Shown one piece after another: positions 37,675 to 45,042 of a DNA stretch of 64,000 nucleotides; within the stretch, counting starts at the first letter, position 1; every line of letters begins with the position of its first letter. This DNA is from Ignavibacteriales bacterium. Its GTDB lineage: Bacteria; Bacillota; Sulfobacillia; JABLXB01. The position numbers and the translations under genes are program-made. The notes beneath the pieces are model-generated. The model did not search any database. It worked only from the letters and a program-made list of their open reading frames with translations, and had not been told where the DNA came from. Where the stretch lies: assembly GCA_050260105.1 (NCBI GenBank), contig JBLNBR010000035.1:7224-71223 (forward strand), read 5' to 3'.

Positions 37675-38265
37675 CTAGTCTCTTCCGAAGAACTGTTCGA
37701 GGCTGCGGGCGCGTTCGGCGCGCCTGCGCTTCCGCGAGGCCACGAGCGAGAAGTAGTGCTTCAACTGCTTCTCGCGGGCGGGGTCGTCGGTCACGCCGGA
37801 CAGGATCCACCGGCGTTCCCTCTGGATGGAGTTGATCACGCTGACGCTCGCCGCCACCCTGAGGCGTGCGTCACTGAGGGAACCGGTCTGAGTTGCGGGA
37901 TGGGCCTTCCTGTACGAGGAGACAGTCTCTTTCCAGAGGCCCTCTTCAAACCTTGCGAGTTCCTCGACGATCACCTGCTGCATGTCGACGCTCAGCCCCA
38001 TCTCGCCCATCTTGTCGATGAACTCCATGGTGTCAGCGACGGAGCATGCGTTGTACAGGTCACCGCCGGGGGTCTTCCTCTGGGGCACCAGCAGGCGTTG
38101 CTCGATCAGATAATGCATCCTGGCGACGTCAAGCCCGTTGGCTCTGGCGAAATCGTAGAGCTCCTCCTCGCGGACGTAGGACTGGTCGTCGTAGGGCAAT
38201 CTGAGCTGTCCCGAAAACACAGCGTTGGCGAGCCATTCAAGCTCGTTGACCGGATCGCGGCTCAC
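37675..38265 (-). CDS. Hypothetical protein (196 aa) with a possible MerR-like HTH segment and a basic C-terminal tail
   Basis: The GTG start follows GGAGG with a 7-nt spacer. The segment YVREEELYDFARANGLDVARMHYLIEQRLLVP is HTH-like. I recognise no family. Confidence 0.45.
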   Translation of the reverse strand: MSRDPVNELEWLANAVFSGQLRLPYDDQSYVREEELYDFARANGLDVARMHYLIEQRLLVPQRKTPGGDLYNACSVADTMEFIDKMGEMGLSVDMQQVIVEELARFEEGLWKETVSSYRKAHPATQTGSLSDARLRVAASVSVINSIQRERRWILSGVTDDPAREKQLKHYFSLVASRKRRRAERARSLEQFFGRD

Positions 38266-38361
38266 TCACATACCTCCGCAGTTTCCTGCAACTCCCATAT
38301 TCTGTGAGCCCGTCCGAATTCCTGCCATCCGGGCGCCGACCCGCAATCTTTTGGGCCAGGC

Positions 38362-38973
38362 TCAGTTCGCGGGGCTATTGCCCGGGGTCCCCTGCGCGGA
38401 CTTGGGGCGCTCAACGGGCACGCCGGCCCGGCACAGCGGGCAGTCGCCCGGCTCGAACGACGGTACGTCCAGTTTCAGGAGCGATGCGAACGGCACGCCG
38501 AAAACCACCCTGCCTCCGGACCTGTCCACGAGGGCGGCCACCCCAACCACCTCCGCCCCTGCGGCTCTGATTAGTTCCATCAGCTTCCGCACGGATCCGC
38601 CCGTGGTCACGGCGTCTTCCACGACCAGGCACCGTTCGCCGCGCGAAAGCCCGAAGCCCCGGCGAAAAGCGAGACCCGCACCAGTCTCCTCCGCAGCCGA
38701 CTTCTCCGCGTATATGGCCCTCGCCCCGAGCGCTCTCGCCATTTCGTACGCCAATATTACGCCCCCCATGGCTGGTCCGGCCACGCACTGCGGGGACAGG
38801 CCCTTCATTTTCGCCGCGAGCGCAGCGCAGAGCCTACTGAGGTGCGCCGGATGCTGCATCACCATGGAGCACTGAAGAAACGTCGAGCTGTGGCGGCCGG
38901 AGGTGAGCAGGAAGTGTCCCCTCATGATCACGCCGTCATCTTCAAAGACCTGAATCACGTCATTCTCGTTCAA
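38362..38973 (-). CDS. pyrE: Orotate phosphoribosyltransferase
   Basis: Contains GHFLLTSGRHS and the PRPP motif CLVVEDAVTTGGS. The TTG at 38973 follows GGGAGG. The maximal ORF extends to 39015. Confidence 0.85.
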   Translation of the reverse strand: MNENDVIQVFEDDGVIMRGHFLLTSGRHSSTFLQCSMVMQHPAHLSRLCAALAAKMKGLSPQCVAGPAMGGVILAYEMARALGARAIYAEKSAAEETGAGLAFRRGFGLSRGERCLVVEDAVTTGGSVRKLMELIRAAGAEVVGVAALVDRSGGRVVFGVPFASLLKLDVPSFEPGDCPLCRAGVPVERPKSAQGTPGNSPAN

Positions 38974-39715
38974 GATGGCAACCTCCCGCTTCCGCGTCCC
39001 GCATGTGGATCTCATCCAGGATCCTCAGGGCGGCATCGAGGGGATCGGCCGAGCGTGTGACCGGCCTACCCACTACGATGTAGTCGGCCCCGGCCGTGAT
39101 TGCCTCCGCGGGCGTGGTCACCCGCGCCTGATCGCCGTGCCCGTACCAGGACGGCCTTATCCCCGGGGTTACAATGAGCAGGTCTGCGCCGCATTCGCGA
39201 CGGATGAGCCGCGCCTCTTGGGCGGAGGCGACCACGCCGTCGATGCCCGCGGCCTGCGACAGCATGGACATGTCGACTACATACTCGGGCGGAGACGCGC
39301 TGATCATCATGTCCTCGCGAAGGGACCTCTCGTCTATGCTCGTCAGGAGGGCTATGGCAAGGATCAACGGCCTGAAACCGCCGGCGTCCCCCATTTCCCG
39401 GGCGGCTGCGGACGCCCGGGCCATCATTGGGAACCCGCCCTGGGCGTGGACTGTCATCATCGCCGGCCGCAGTCTTGCGAGTTGCCTCACCGCGTTCTCA
39501 ACAGTGTTCGGGATATCGTGGAACTTCAGGTCCAGGAACACGTCAACCCCCATGGAGTTGAGATCCTCTACGATCCGGGGTCCTTCAGCGTAGAACAGCT
39601 CCATGCCCACCTTGAACATCCCCACGTGGCCCTGGAGCCTCTCGACGATGCGGAGCGCCCCGCCCCTTTCGGGGAGATCGAGCGCCACGATGAGCGGGTT
39701 CTTCCTTCCGTTCAA
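38960..39715 (-). CDS. pyrF: Orotidine-5'-phosphate decarboxylase
   Basis: Contains LIVALDL, DLKFHDIPNTV and IVVGRPV. The TTG at 39715 forms a TTGA overlap with the pyrD stop. The maximal ORF extends to 39784. Confidence 0.85.
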   Translation of the reverse strand: MNGRKNPLIVALDLPERGGALRIVERLQGHVGMFKVGMELFYAEGPRIVEDLNSMGVDVFLDLKFHDIPNTVENAVRQLARLRPAMMTVHAQGGFPMMARASAAAREMGDAGGFRPLILAIALLTSIDERSLREDMMISASPPEYVVDMSMLSQAAGIDGVVASAQEARLIRRECGADLLIVTPGIRPSWYGHGDQARVTTPAEAITAGADYIVVGRPVTRSADPLDAALRILDEIHMRDAEAGGCHLERE

Positions 39716-40626
39716 CTGCGGTTCACCACCCTCGCCATGCCAATGACCTCTCGTACACTCCCGATATCCTGCTCGCGAAGCCAATCTCTGATGCCGTTCA
39801 CTATCTCCTCACCAGCCAGGGGGTTGCGGAACAGCGCCGTCCCAACTTCCACCGCCGCGGCGCCGGCCATCATAAATTCCAGGGCATCCCTCGCCGTGCA
39901 TATCCCCCCCAGCCCAATCACGGGGATGCGCACGGCGCCGCACACTTCCCATACCATTCTGAGGGCGATCGGCTTCACTGCAGGGCCCGAGAGCCCGCCG
40001 AACACGTTGGACAGGACGGGTTTCCTGGCTGTCGTGTCTATGGCCATACCGAGTATCGTATTGATCAGCGAGACGGCGTCCGCGCCCGCCTGCTCGACGG
40101 CCTTGGCAACGGCCACGAGCTGCGAGGTGTTGGGACTGAGCTTCACGATCACCGTCTTCCCCGTCACGCCCCTGATGCTCTCCACGAGCGAGGCGCTCGC
40201 GTCGGGATTCGTGCCGAACTGCATTCCGCCCGCTTTCACATTGGGGCACGATATGTTGATTTCCAGGGCCCTGACGCTTTCCACGCCGTCGAGTTTCTCC
40301 GTCACCCTGAGGTACTCGTCCACCGTGGCCCCGGCGACGTTCACTATTATCGTAGCCCCGGTCGCCTCGAGGCGCGGGATATCCTCCCTGATGACCGCGT
40401 CAACCCCGGGGTTCTCGAGGCCGACTGAATTCAGCAACCCGGCGGGGGTCTCGACCAACCGCGGGGGCGGGTTGCCCGTCCGCGGCATGAGTGTGGTCCC
40501 CTTCACGACCACCGCGCCGAAGTGACGGAGGCTTCCCAGGGAGGCATACTCCATACCGTACCCAACGATGCCGGAAGCAGCAATAACCGGATTCGCCAGC
40601 TCCAGGTCTCCGATGTTCACCGACAT
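39712..40626 (-). CDS. pyrD: Dihydroorotate dehydrogenase, class 1B catalytic subunit
   Basis: Contains LANPVIAASG, NSVGLENPG, EINISCPNV and GGI. An alternative TTG start lies at 40646. Confidence 0.9.
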   Translation of the reverse strand: MSVNIGDLELANPVIAASGIVGYGMEYASLGSLRHFGAVVVKGTTLMPRTGNPPPRLVETPAGLLNSVGLENPGVDAVIREDIPRLEATGATIIVNVAGATVDEYLRVTEKLDGVESVRALEINISCPNVKAGGMQFGTNPDASASLVESIRGVTGKTVIVKLSPNTSQLVAVAKAVEQAGADAVSLINTILGMAIDTTARKPVLSNVFGGLSGPAVKPIALRMVWEVCGAVRIPVIGLGGICTARDALEFMMAGAAAVEVGTALFRNPLAGEEIVNGIRDWLREQDIGSVREVIGMARVVNRS

Positions 40627-40658
40627 ATCCGGCCTACGATCATGCAAGGAAGCACCCC

Positions 40659-41501
40659 CTAGATCACGACGTCTCCCGCTTGGAATACGGGGCCGTCCGA
40701 GCAAGCCCGGAAGTAGAGGCTTTCGCCCAGGGGAACCCTCCTCCGTACGGCGCAGCCGACACACGCCCCGACGCCGCACGCCAGGCGGTCTTCTACCGAC
40801 AACTCACAGGGAATCCGCAGCTCCTCCGCGGCCTGCTGTACAGCCCGGAGCACCGGAGAGGGTCCGCAGCAGTAGACCTCGGCCGGCCGGCGCCGCTTGA
40901 GCGCCGGATGAAGAAGGTCGCACACCGTTCCCCTGAATCCCGCGCTCCCGTCATCCGTGCACGCGGTGACGGATACCCCGAGGCTATCCAGCGCCTCCAA
41001 TCCTACGAGGTGGTCCCTGGACCTCGCCCCGACCAGGGCGAACACCCGTCTTCCCGTGGAACGCAGGTCCTTGGCCCAGCCGAGGAGCGGCGCGACGCCG
41101 ATCCCGCCCGCCACGAGCAGCGCCGGCCCGGGTCTCGACGGGTGCGAGAACCCGTTGCCGAGGGGTCCGATCACGCTGAGGCGGTCGCCACTGCGCAAGC
41201 CGGACAACCACCCGGTCCCCGGGCCCACCAGCCTGTAAGTGATGTCCACCAATCCGCGGTCGCGATGGATCCCGCTTATGCTGAACGGGCGACGCAGGAC
41301 CATTCCGCAGTCCACGTGGACAAACTGCCCCGGAGCGCCGGCGCCGGCAATTGCGGGGGAATGCAGAGTCAGCCGCTGTGTTGCCGCGGCGACCCCATCG
41401 TTGGAGACGACGCTGCATATCTCGATCGAAGCCGGAGCGGCGGGTCGTGTGCGGCCCGGGCATCGCTCCACTCCGGGCAGCGCCTGGAGGACCGTACTCA
41501 T
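40659..41501 (-). CDS. pyrK: Dihydroorotate dehydrogenase electron-transfer subunit
   Basis: FAD/NAD-binding fold (RPFSIS, GGIGVAPL) plus the C-terminal 2Fe-2S motif CGVGACVGC. The ATG at 41501 follows AAAGGGGG with an 8-nt spacer. Confidence 0.85.
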   Translation of the reverse strand: MSTVLQALPGVERCPGRTRPAAPASIEICSVVSNDGVAAATQRLTLHSPAIAGAGAPGQFVHVDCGMVLRRPFSISGIHRDRGLVDITYRLVGPGTGWLSGLRSGDRLSVIGPLGNGFSHPSRPGPALLVAGGIGVAPLLGWAKDLRSTGRRVFALVGARSRDHLVGLEALDSLGVSVTACTDDGSAGFRGTVCDLLHPALKRRRPAEVYCCGPSPVLRAVQQAAEELRIPCELSVEDRLACGVGACVGCAVRRRVPLGESLYFRACSDGPVFQAGDVVI

Positions 41502-41565
41502 GAATAATGCCCCCTTTGGCTTGGCTACCCGGCCAGCAAAGGAGGCATGTGGATCTGCTTGCTTT

Positions 41566-41601
41566 CCCCTTACTGGCCTCTCAGGACCTAACTTAAAGGG
41601 T
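41566..41601 (-). promoter_or_regulatory. PyrR-binding-loop-like RNA element in the pyrK leader
   Basis: The minus strand reads ACCCUUUAAGUUAGGUCCUGAGAGGCCAGUAAGGGG. The core GUCCUGAGAGGC differs from the published ARUCCAGAGAGGYU consensus at 2 positions and is flanked by a CCCUU/AAGGG stem. Confidence 0.5.
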
Positions 41602-41634
41602 ACTGGTTCACGGATGGAAGCCCATCCGTCCACT

Positions 41635-41663
41635 AGCATAGAACAACTGCGCCCCGGTGTCAA
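41635..41663 (-). promoter_or_regulatory. Sigma-70-type promoter candidate for the pyr operon
   Basis: The minus strand has TTGACA, a 17-nt spacer, then TATGCT. It lies about 130 nt upstream of the pyrK ATG. Confidence 0.5.
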
Positions 41664-41709
41664 CGAAAACCGCGCTCGAGGCAGGTCCCAGAACGCACGG
41701 ATGAACCGG

Positions 41710-41988
41710 CTATTTCTTCACCCTGGCCGCGAATGCCACGCTAAGGAGCGCCTCGACCCCACAGGCGAAAATGAACACGATCCAAGCGTACCTCCATCCG
41801 CCCTTCAGTCCTATGATGAGGAAAATCGCAATCGAGAAGAGCCAGAGCGCGCCGGACAAACCCAGTCTCACAGTACTGTGCTGAAAAGTGAGGCTCTGTT
41901 CGCATTCGGCCGCCCACCTATCCGTCAATTGCCTGGCCCATTCCTTCTCTCTGTTCGTCTCCGTCAGTGCCAGGTAAGTGAATGCCAC
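41710..41988 (-). CDS. Small membrane protein (92 aa, 2 TM)
   Basis: Hydrophobic segments LGLSGALWLFSIAIFLIIGL and YAWIVFIFACGVEALLSVAF. It overlaps the upstream gene by 25 nt. Confidence 0.45.
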   Translation of the reverse strand: MAFTYLALTETNREKEWARQLTDRWAAECEQSLTFQHSTVRLGLSGALWLFSIAIFLIIGLKGGWRYAWIVFIFACGVEALLSVAFAARVKK

Positions 41989-42437
41989 CTTGCAGTCTCC
42001 TGGGAGAGTGCGAAGAAGACGAACAGCGCTGTCGAGGCGACCACGAACGGCAGCAACGTGGCAGCGGTGGCGGAGAGGTCGCCGGTCTGAAGGTGCACGA
42101 TCCCGGCAACCATGATCCCAAACATCCCGGCGGCCAGGCCCAGGACGCAGCCGAAGACAGTCCTCTTATCGAGCGGCCTGAAGCGGACGCACTCGCGACC
42201 TTCCCCGCCGGCCCGCTTGTTGGCGATATTGCGTATAGTCTCCACGAGTTCGCTTACATCCCCCAACTCGGCGATAGCCCGCTTGAACGCCTCATCCTCG
42301 CTGGTTCCGCCTGAGATGGAATCCCCTACCCGTTCCAGGAGGTTGGCGCATATCTCTTCCTTGAGCTCCAGCAACTGTTTCGTCTCGGGTATGTCCTCGA
42401 ACCAACTATCAACTTGTCTCTTCACCCTGTCTTTCAC
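41964..42437 (-). CDS. Membrane protein with an N-terminal permease-prefix / DUF1700-like helical domain
   Basis: DSWFEDIPETKQLLELKEEICANLLERV...EDEAFKRAIAELGD is followed by 2-3 TM segments. The GTG at 42437 follows GGAGGAGG with an 8-nt spacer. The maximal ORF starts at 42455. Confidence 0.55.
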   Translation of the reverse strand: MKDRVKRQVDSWFEDIPETKQLLELKEEICANLLERVGDSISGGTSEDEAFKRAIAELGDVSELVETIRNIANKRAGGEGRECVRFRPLDKRTVFGCVLGLAAGMFGIMVAGIVHLQTGDLSATAATLLPFVVASTALFVFFALSQETARWHSLTWH

Positions 42438-42473
42438 AACGACAGCCTCCTCCACACATACGGTGACCGTGAA

Positions 42474-42641
42474 TGCGCTGCACGGGCGCAGACATAATCA
42501 CGACTCATGTGCGCCGGCACAGATTAGGTCCCGACTTGTGTGCACAGGCACACGACAGGCCAGTGTCGTGCATAGGCACACACTCAATCGCGTCTCATGT
42601 GCACAGGCACACAAGAGACCGGGAATTGTGTGTCTGGAGGC
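42474..42641. repeat. Array of about 6 phased (about 30-31 bp) imperfect repeats, each with a TGTGC-N4-GCACA-type inverted repeat
   Basis: Perfect copies are TGTGCGCCGGCACA at 42508-42521, GTGTGCACAGGCACAC at 42538-42553 and TGTGCACAGGCACA at 42598-42611. A one-mismatch copy, CGTGCATAGGCACA, is at 42567-42580. Degenerate edge copies are at 42474-42490 (TGCGC-N7-GCGCA) and about 42627-42641. Confidence 0.6.
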
Positions 42642-42757
42642 AAGTGTCTTTCAAGGGGGAAGTCGGCGCCAGTAGCGAACCTGTCATGGTGACATTTTCT
42701 CAGTCCGATTACAGGGTGACAATATCACAGACCGATGACGTAGCAGAAAAAACATCG

Positions 42758-42787
42758 TTGACTCAGCGCGCACCCCTGTGGTAATAT
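42758..42787 (+). promoter_or_regulatory. Sigma-70-type promoter candidate for the S-box leader and metX
   Basis: TTGACT, an 18-nt spacer, then TAATAT preceded by TGTGg. It lies about 25 nt upstream of the riboswitch P1. Confidence 0.5.
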
Positions 42788-42811
42788 CGTGCAAAACAGC
42801 ATATTCGAGTG

Positions 42812-42920
42812 CTCTTATCCAGAGCGGCGGAGGGACTGGCCCGATGAAGCCCGGCAACCTGCGGTCTCATTAGCCGTAAGGTGCCAACTCCTGCAGGACG
42901 AGGGTCCTGAGAGATGAGAG
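42812..42920 (+). promoter_or_regulatory. SAM-I (S-box) riboswitch
   Basis: The sequence CTCTTATCCAGAGCGGCGGAGGGACTGGCCCGATGAAGCCCGGCAACC...GGTGCCAACTCCTGCAGG...GAGAGATGAGAG matches the S-box consensus almost base for base, including P1 pairing (CTCTTATC with GAGATGAGAG). It lies upstream of a methionine-biosynthesis gene. Confidence 0.9.
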
Positions 42921-42931
42921 TGGGAGACTCT

Positions 42932-42954
42932 GCCTCCTCACTCGGAGGCTTTTT
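42932..42954 (+). terminator. Riboswitch expression-platform terminator
   Basis: GCCTCC-TCACTC-GGAGGC followed by TTTTT. Confidence 0.8.
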
Positions 42955-42965
42955 GCATTCCGAAG

Positions 42966-42994
42966 CCCCCTCCATATCTCAGGAGGGGTCTTTT
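42966..42994 (+). terminator. Second terminator-like hairpin in the metX leader
   Basis: CCCCCTCC-ATATCTCA-GGAGGGG followed by TCTTTT. It lies 12 nt after the first terminator and 58 nt before the metX start. Confidence 0.5.
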
Positions 42995-43052
42995 CGTCGC
43001 GAGCCGATTCCGGAAGGGCCCTCCGCGACGGGCGAGAGAGAGGTATGACGGC

Positions 43053-44279
43053 GTGAGTGATCCATTGAACGTACTAGCAAGCAAAGAACCAGCCAGGTAC
43101 GACCCACCCGATTCCCCCAGTTCGGTGGGCTGGACCTACCCGAGGCGCGTACGCCTGGCGGACCGGTCAAACCCGTTGCCGCTGGATTGCGGCCGCGACA
43201 TCTGGCCGGTTGACGTGGAATATGAGACATACGGGACACTTGCCCCCGAGCGGGACAACGCCATTCTGGTGTTCCACGCGCTCAGCGGCGACGCCCACGC
43301 GGCCGGGTGGGACCGGAACGCCGAGCACGACGACAGGGCCTGGCGCAGCAAGAGGCCCGGCTGGTGGGACTCGATGATCGGTCCCGGGAAGGGCCTCGAC
43401 ACCCGGCGCTACTTCGTCATATGCAGCAACGTCCTCGGCGGGTGCTACGGCACCACGGGACCTTCGTCTCCGGATCCGGAGACCGGAAGGCCGTACGGGC
43501 TGCGTTTTCCCGTCGTGACGGTTGGAGACTGGGTAAGGCTGCAGAAACGCCTGATAGACCACCTGGGCATTCACCGGTTGCTCGCCGTCGCCGGAGGGTC
43601 CCTCGGGGGACAGCAGGCGATGGAATGGGCACTGGCGTCGCCGGACCGCGTGCGAGGGGCCATCGTCCTGGCCGCGGCGCCGCGGTTGAGTGCGCAGGGG
43701 CTGGCCTTCAACGCGGTGGCGAGACGTGCGATAATGTGCGATCCCGGCTTCCGCGGGGGTGACTACTACGGAGAGGCCTCTCCCGGGGCGGGTCTCGGGG
43801 TGGCGCGGATGATCGGGCACATCACCTACCTATCCGAAACGAGCATGGCCCTGAAGTTCGGCCGGCACCGCCGCAACGGGGACAGACCGGGATTCCGGTT
43901 CGACCCCGAGTTCGAAGTAGAGAGCTATCTCGAACACCAGCAAAAGGCCTTCGTGGAGCGTTTCGATGCGAACACCTACCTATATATCACCAAGGCCATG
44001 GATTACTATGACGCCGCCGCTTGGGGCGACGGCGACCTGGTCAGGGCGGCGTCCCGCGCCAAGTGCTCCTGGCTGGTAGCGTCGTTCTCCAGCGACTGGC
44101 TGTACACCCCGGACCAGTGTTTCGAGTGGGCAAACGCCCTTCGCTGCGCGGGATCGGCGGTGACATACCGCGACATCAAGTCCTCATACGGTCACGACGC
44201 CTTCCTGCTCGAAACGGAGAAGGTGACCGAGATGGTGGCGGGGTTTCTCGACAGGTTGGACGGACGTCAGGGGAATTGA
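43053..44279 (+). CDS. metX: Homoserine O-acetyltransferase
   Basis: 408 aa with an alpha/beta-hydrolase fold and the nucleophile elbow GGSLGGQQAMEW. Contains VFHALSGDAHAAGW and SSYGHDAFLLE. It is under SAM riboswitch control. The start is GTG. Confidence 0.9.
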   Translation: MSDPLNVLASKEPARYDPPDSPSSVGWTYPRRVRLADRSNPLPLDCGRDIWPVDVEYETYGTLAPERDNAILVFHALSGDAHAAGWDRNAEHDDRAWRSKRPGWWDSMIGPGKGLDTRRYFVICSNVLGGCYGTTGPSSPDPETGRPYGLRFPVVTVGDWVRLQKRLIDHLGIHRLLAVAGGSLGGQQAMEWALASPDRVRGAIVLAAAPRLSAQGLAFNAVARRAIMCDPGFRGGDYYGEASPGAGLGVARMIGHITYLSETSMALKFGRHRRNGDRPGFRFDPEFEVESYLEHQQKAFVERFDANTYLYITKAMDYYDAAAWGDGDLVRAASRAKCSWLVASFSSDWLYTPDQCFEWANALRCAGSAVTYRDIKSSYGHDAFLLETEKVTEMVAGFLDRLDGRQGN

Positions 44280-44322
44280 GGCCTTCCGCGGGCCGCTTCC
44301 CGCGCCCCGTGCGGAAGGCCTC
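44280..44322. terminator. Long hairpin between convergent metX and the aldolase gene
   Basis: AGGCCTTCCGC, a 21-nt loop, then GCGGAAGGCCT. There is no clear U-tract on either strand. Confidence 0.4.
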
Positions 44323-44369
44323 GTCGTATTAACGTATTGAATATCTAGTCGCGTCTTCAATGGATGCTG

Positions 44370-45017
44370 CTACTTCTGGCCGTATGAGGACAGAAACTCC
44401 TCGTGCAGCCGTGCGGCCTCCTCCGGCGGAATCGTCGCCGGCTTGCCAATGGCCTTTGCCAGGTAGAACACCTTCGCCGCATCCTCGACGACCACCGCAT
44501 TGAAGAAGGCGTCTTTCAGGGAGGGGCCGGTGGCGACTACACCATGGTTGGCGAGTATCACTGCGGCAGTCTCCCCCATGCCCTCGACGGCGGCGACCCC
44601 CAGTTCCCTCGTGCCCTCGGGGGCGAACCGCGCCGTCTTCACCGGACCACCCACCGCGTTGGCGAGTTCGCCTATCACCAGTGGTATCTCGAGGCCGAGT
44701 ACCCCCATGGCTGTGGCATACGTCGAGTGTGTGTGGACGATGCCGCCCACCTCGGGCTTCTTGGAGTAAATCAGCAGATGCATCGGGGTTTCCGAAGACG
44801 GCTTGCGCGTCCCCTCGATGACCCTGCCGTCCGGTCCCAGCACTACTATGTCCCCGGGGGTGATCTTGTCATATTCCATCCCGCTGGGGGTGATGGTGAC
44901 GTACCCCGTAGCCCGGTCCCTCGCGCTGATGTTCCCCCAGGTCACAGTCACAAGGCCCGTGCGGAGGAGTCCAACCCCCGCGGCCACGACCTGTTCTCGC
45001 AGTTCCTTCAAGATCAT
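44370..45017 (-). CDS. Class II aldolase/adducin-family protein (FucA / AraD-like)
   Basis: Contains TWGNISARD, PSSETPMHL and HTHSTYATA, which are zinc-ligand histidine motifs. Confidence 0.8.
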   Translation of the reverse strand: MILKELREQVVAAGVGLLRTGLVTVTWGNISARDRATGYVTITPSGMEYDKITPGDIVVLGPDGRVIEGTRKPSSETPMHLLIYSKKPEVGGIVHTHSTYATAMGVLGLEIPLVIGELANAVGGPVKTARFAPEGTRELGVAAVEGMGETAAVILANHGVVATGPSLKDAFFNAVVVEDAAKVFYLAKAIGKPATIPPEEAARLHEEFLSSYGQK

Positions 45018-45042
45018 GGTCTTTCACCTCCCTTCGGACGCT

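Noticed and set aside
42474-42641. Possibility that the ~30-bp periodic repeats are a small CRISPR array.
   Set aside because: The conserved cores are only 14-24 nt with 6-15-nt variable linkers, the copies are degenerate, and there are no cas genes. This is not CRISPR architecture.
42473-42784. 103-aa ORF spanning the palindrome array and the S-box promoter.
   Set aside because: It has no RBS. Its His/Arg/Cys-rich repetitive translation simply mirrors the DNA repeats, and it runs through a promoter. It is more likely non-coding regulatory DNA.
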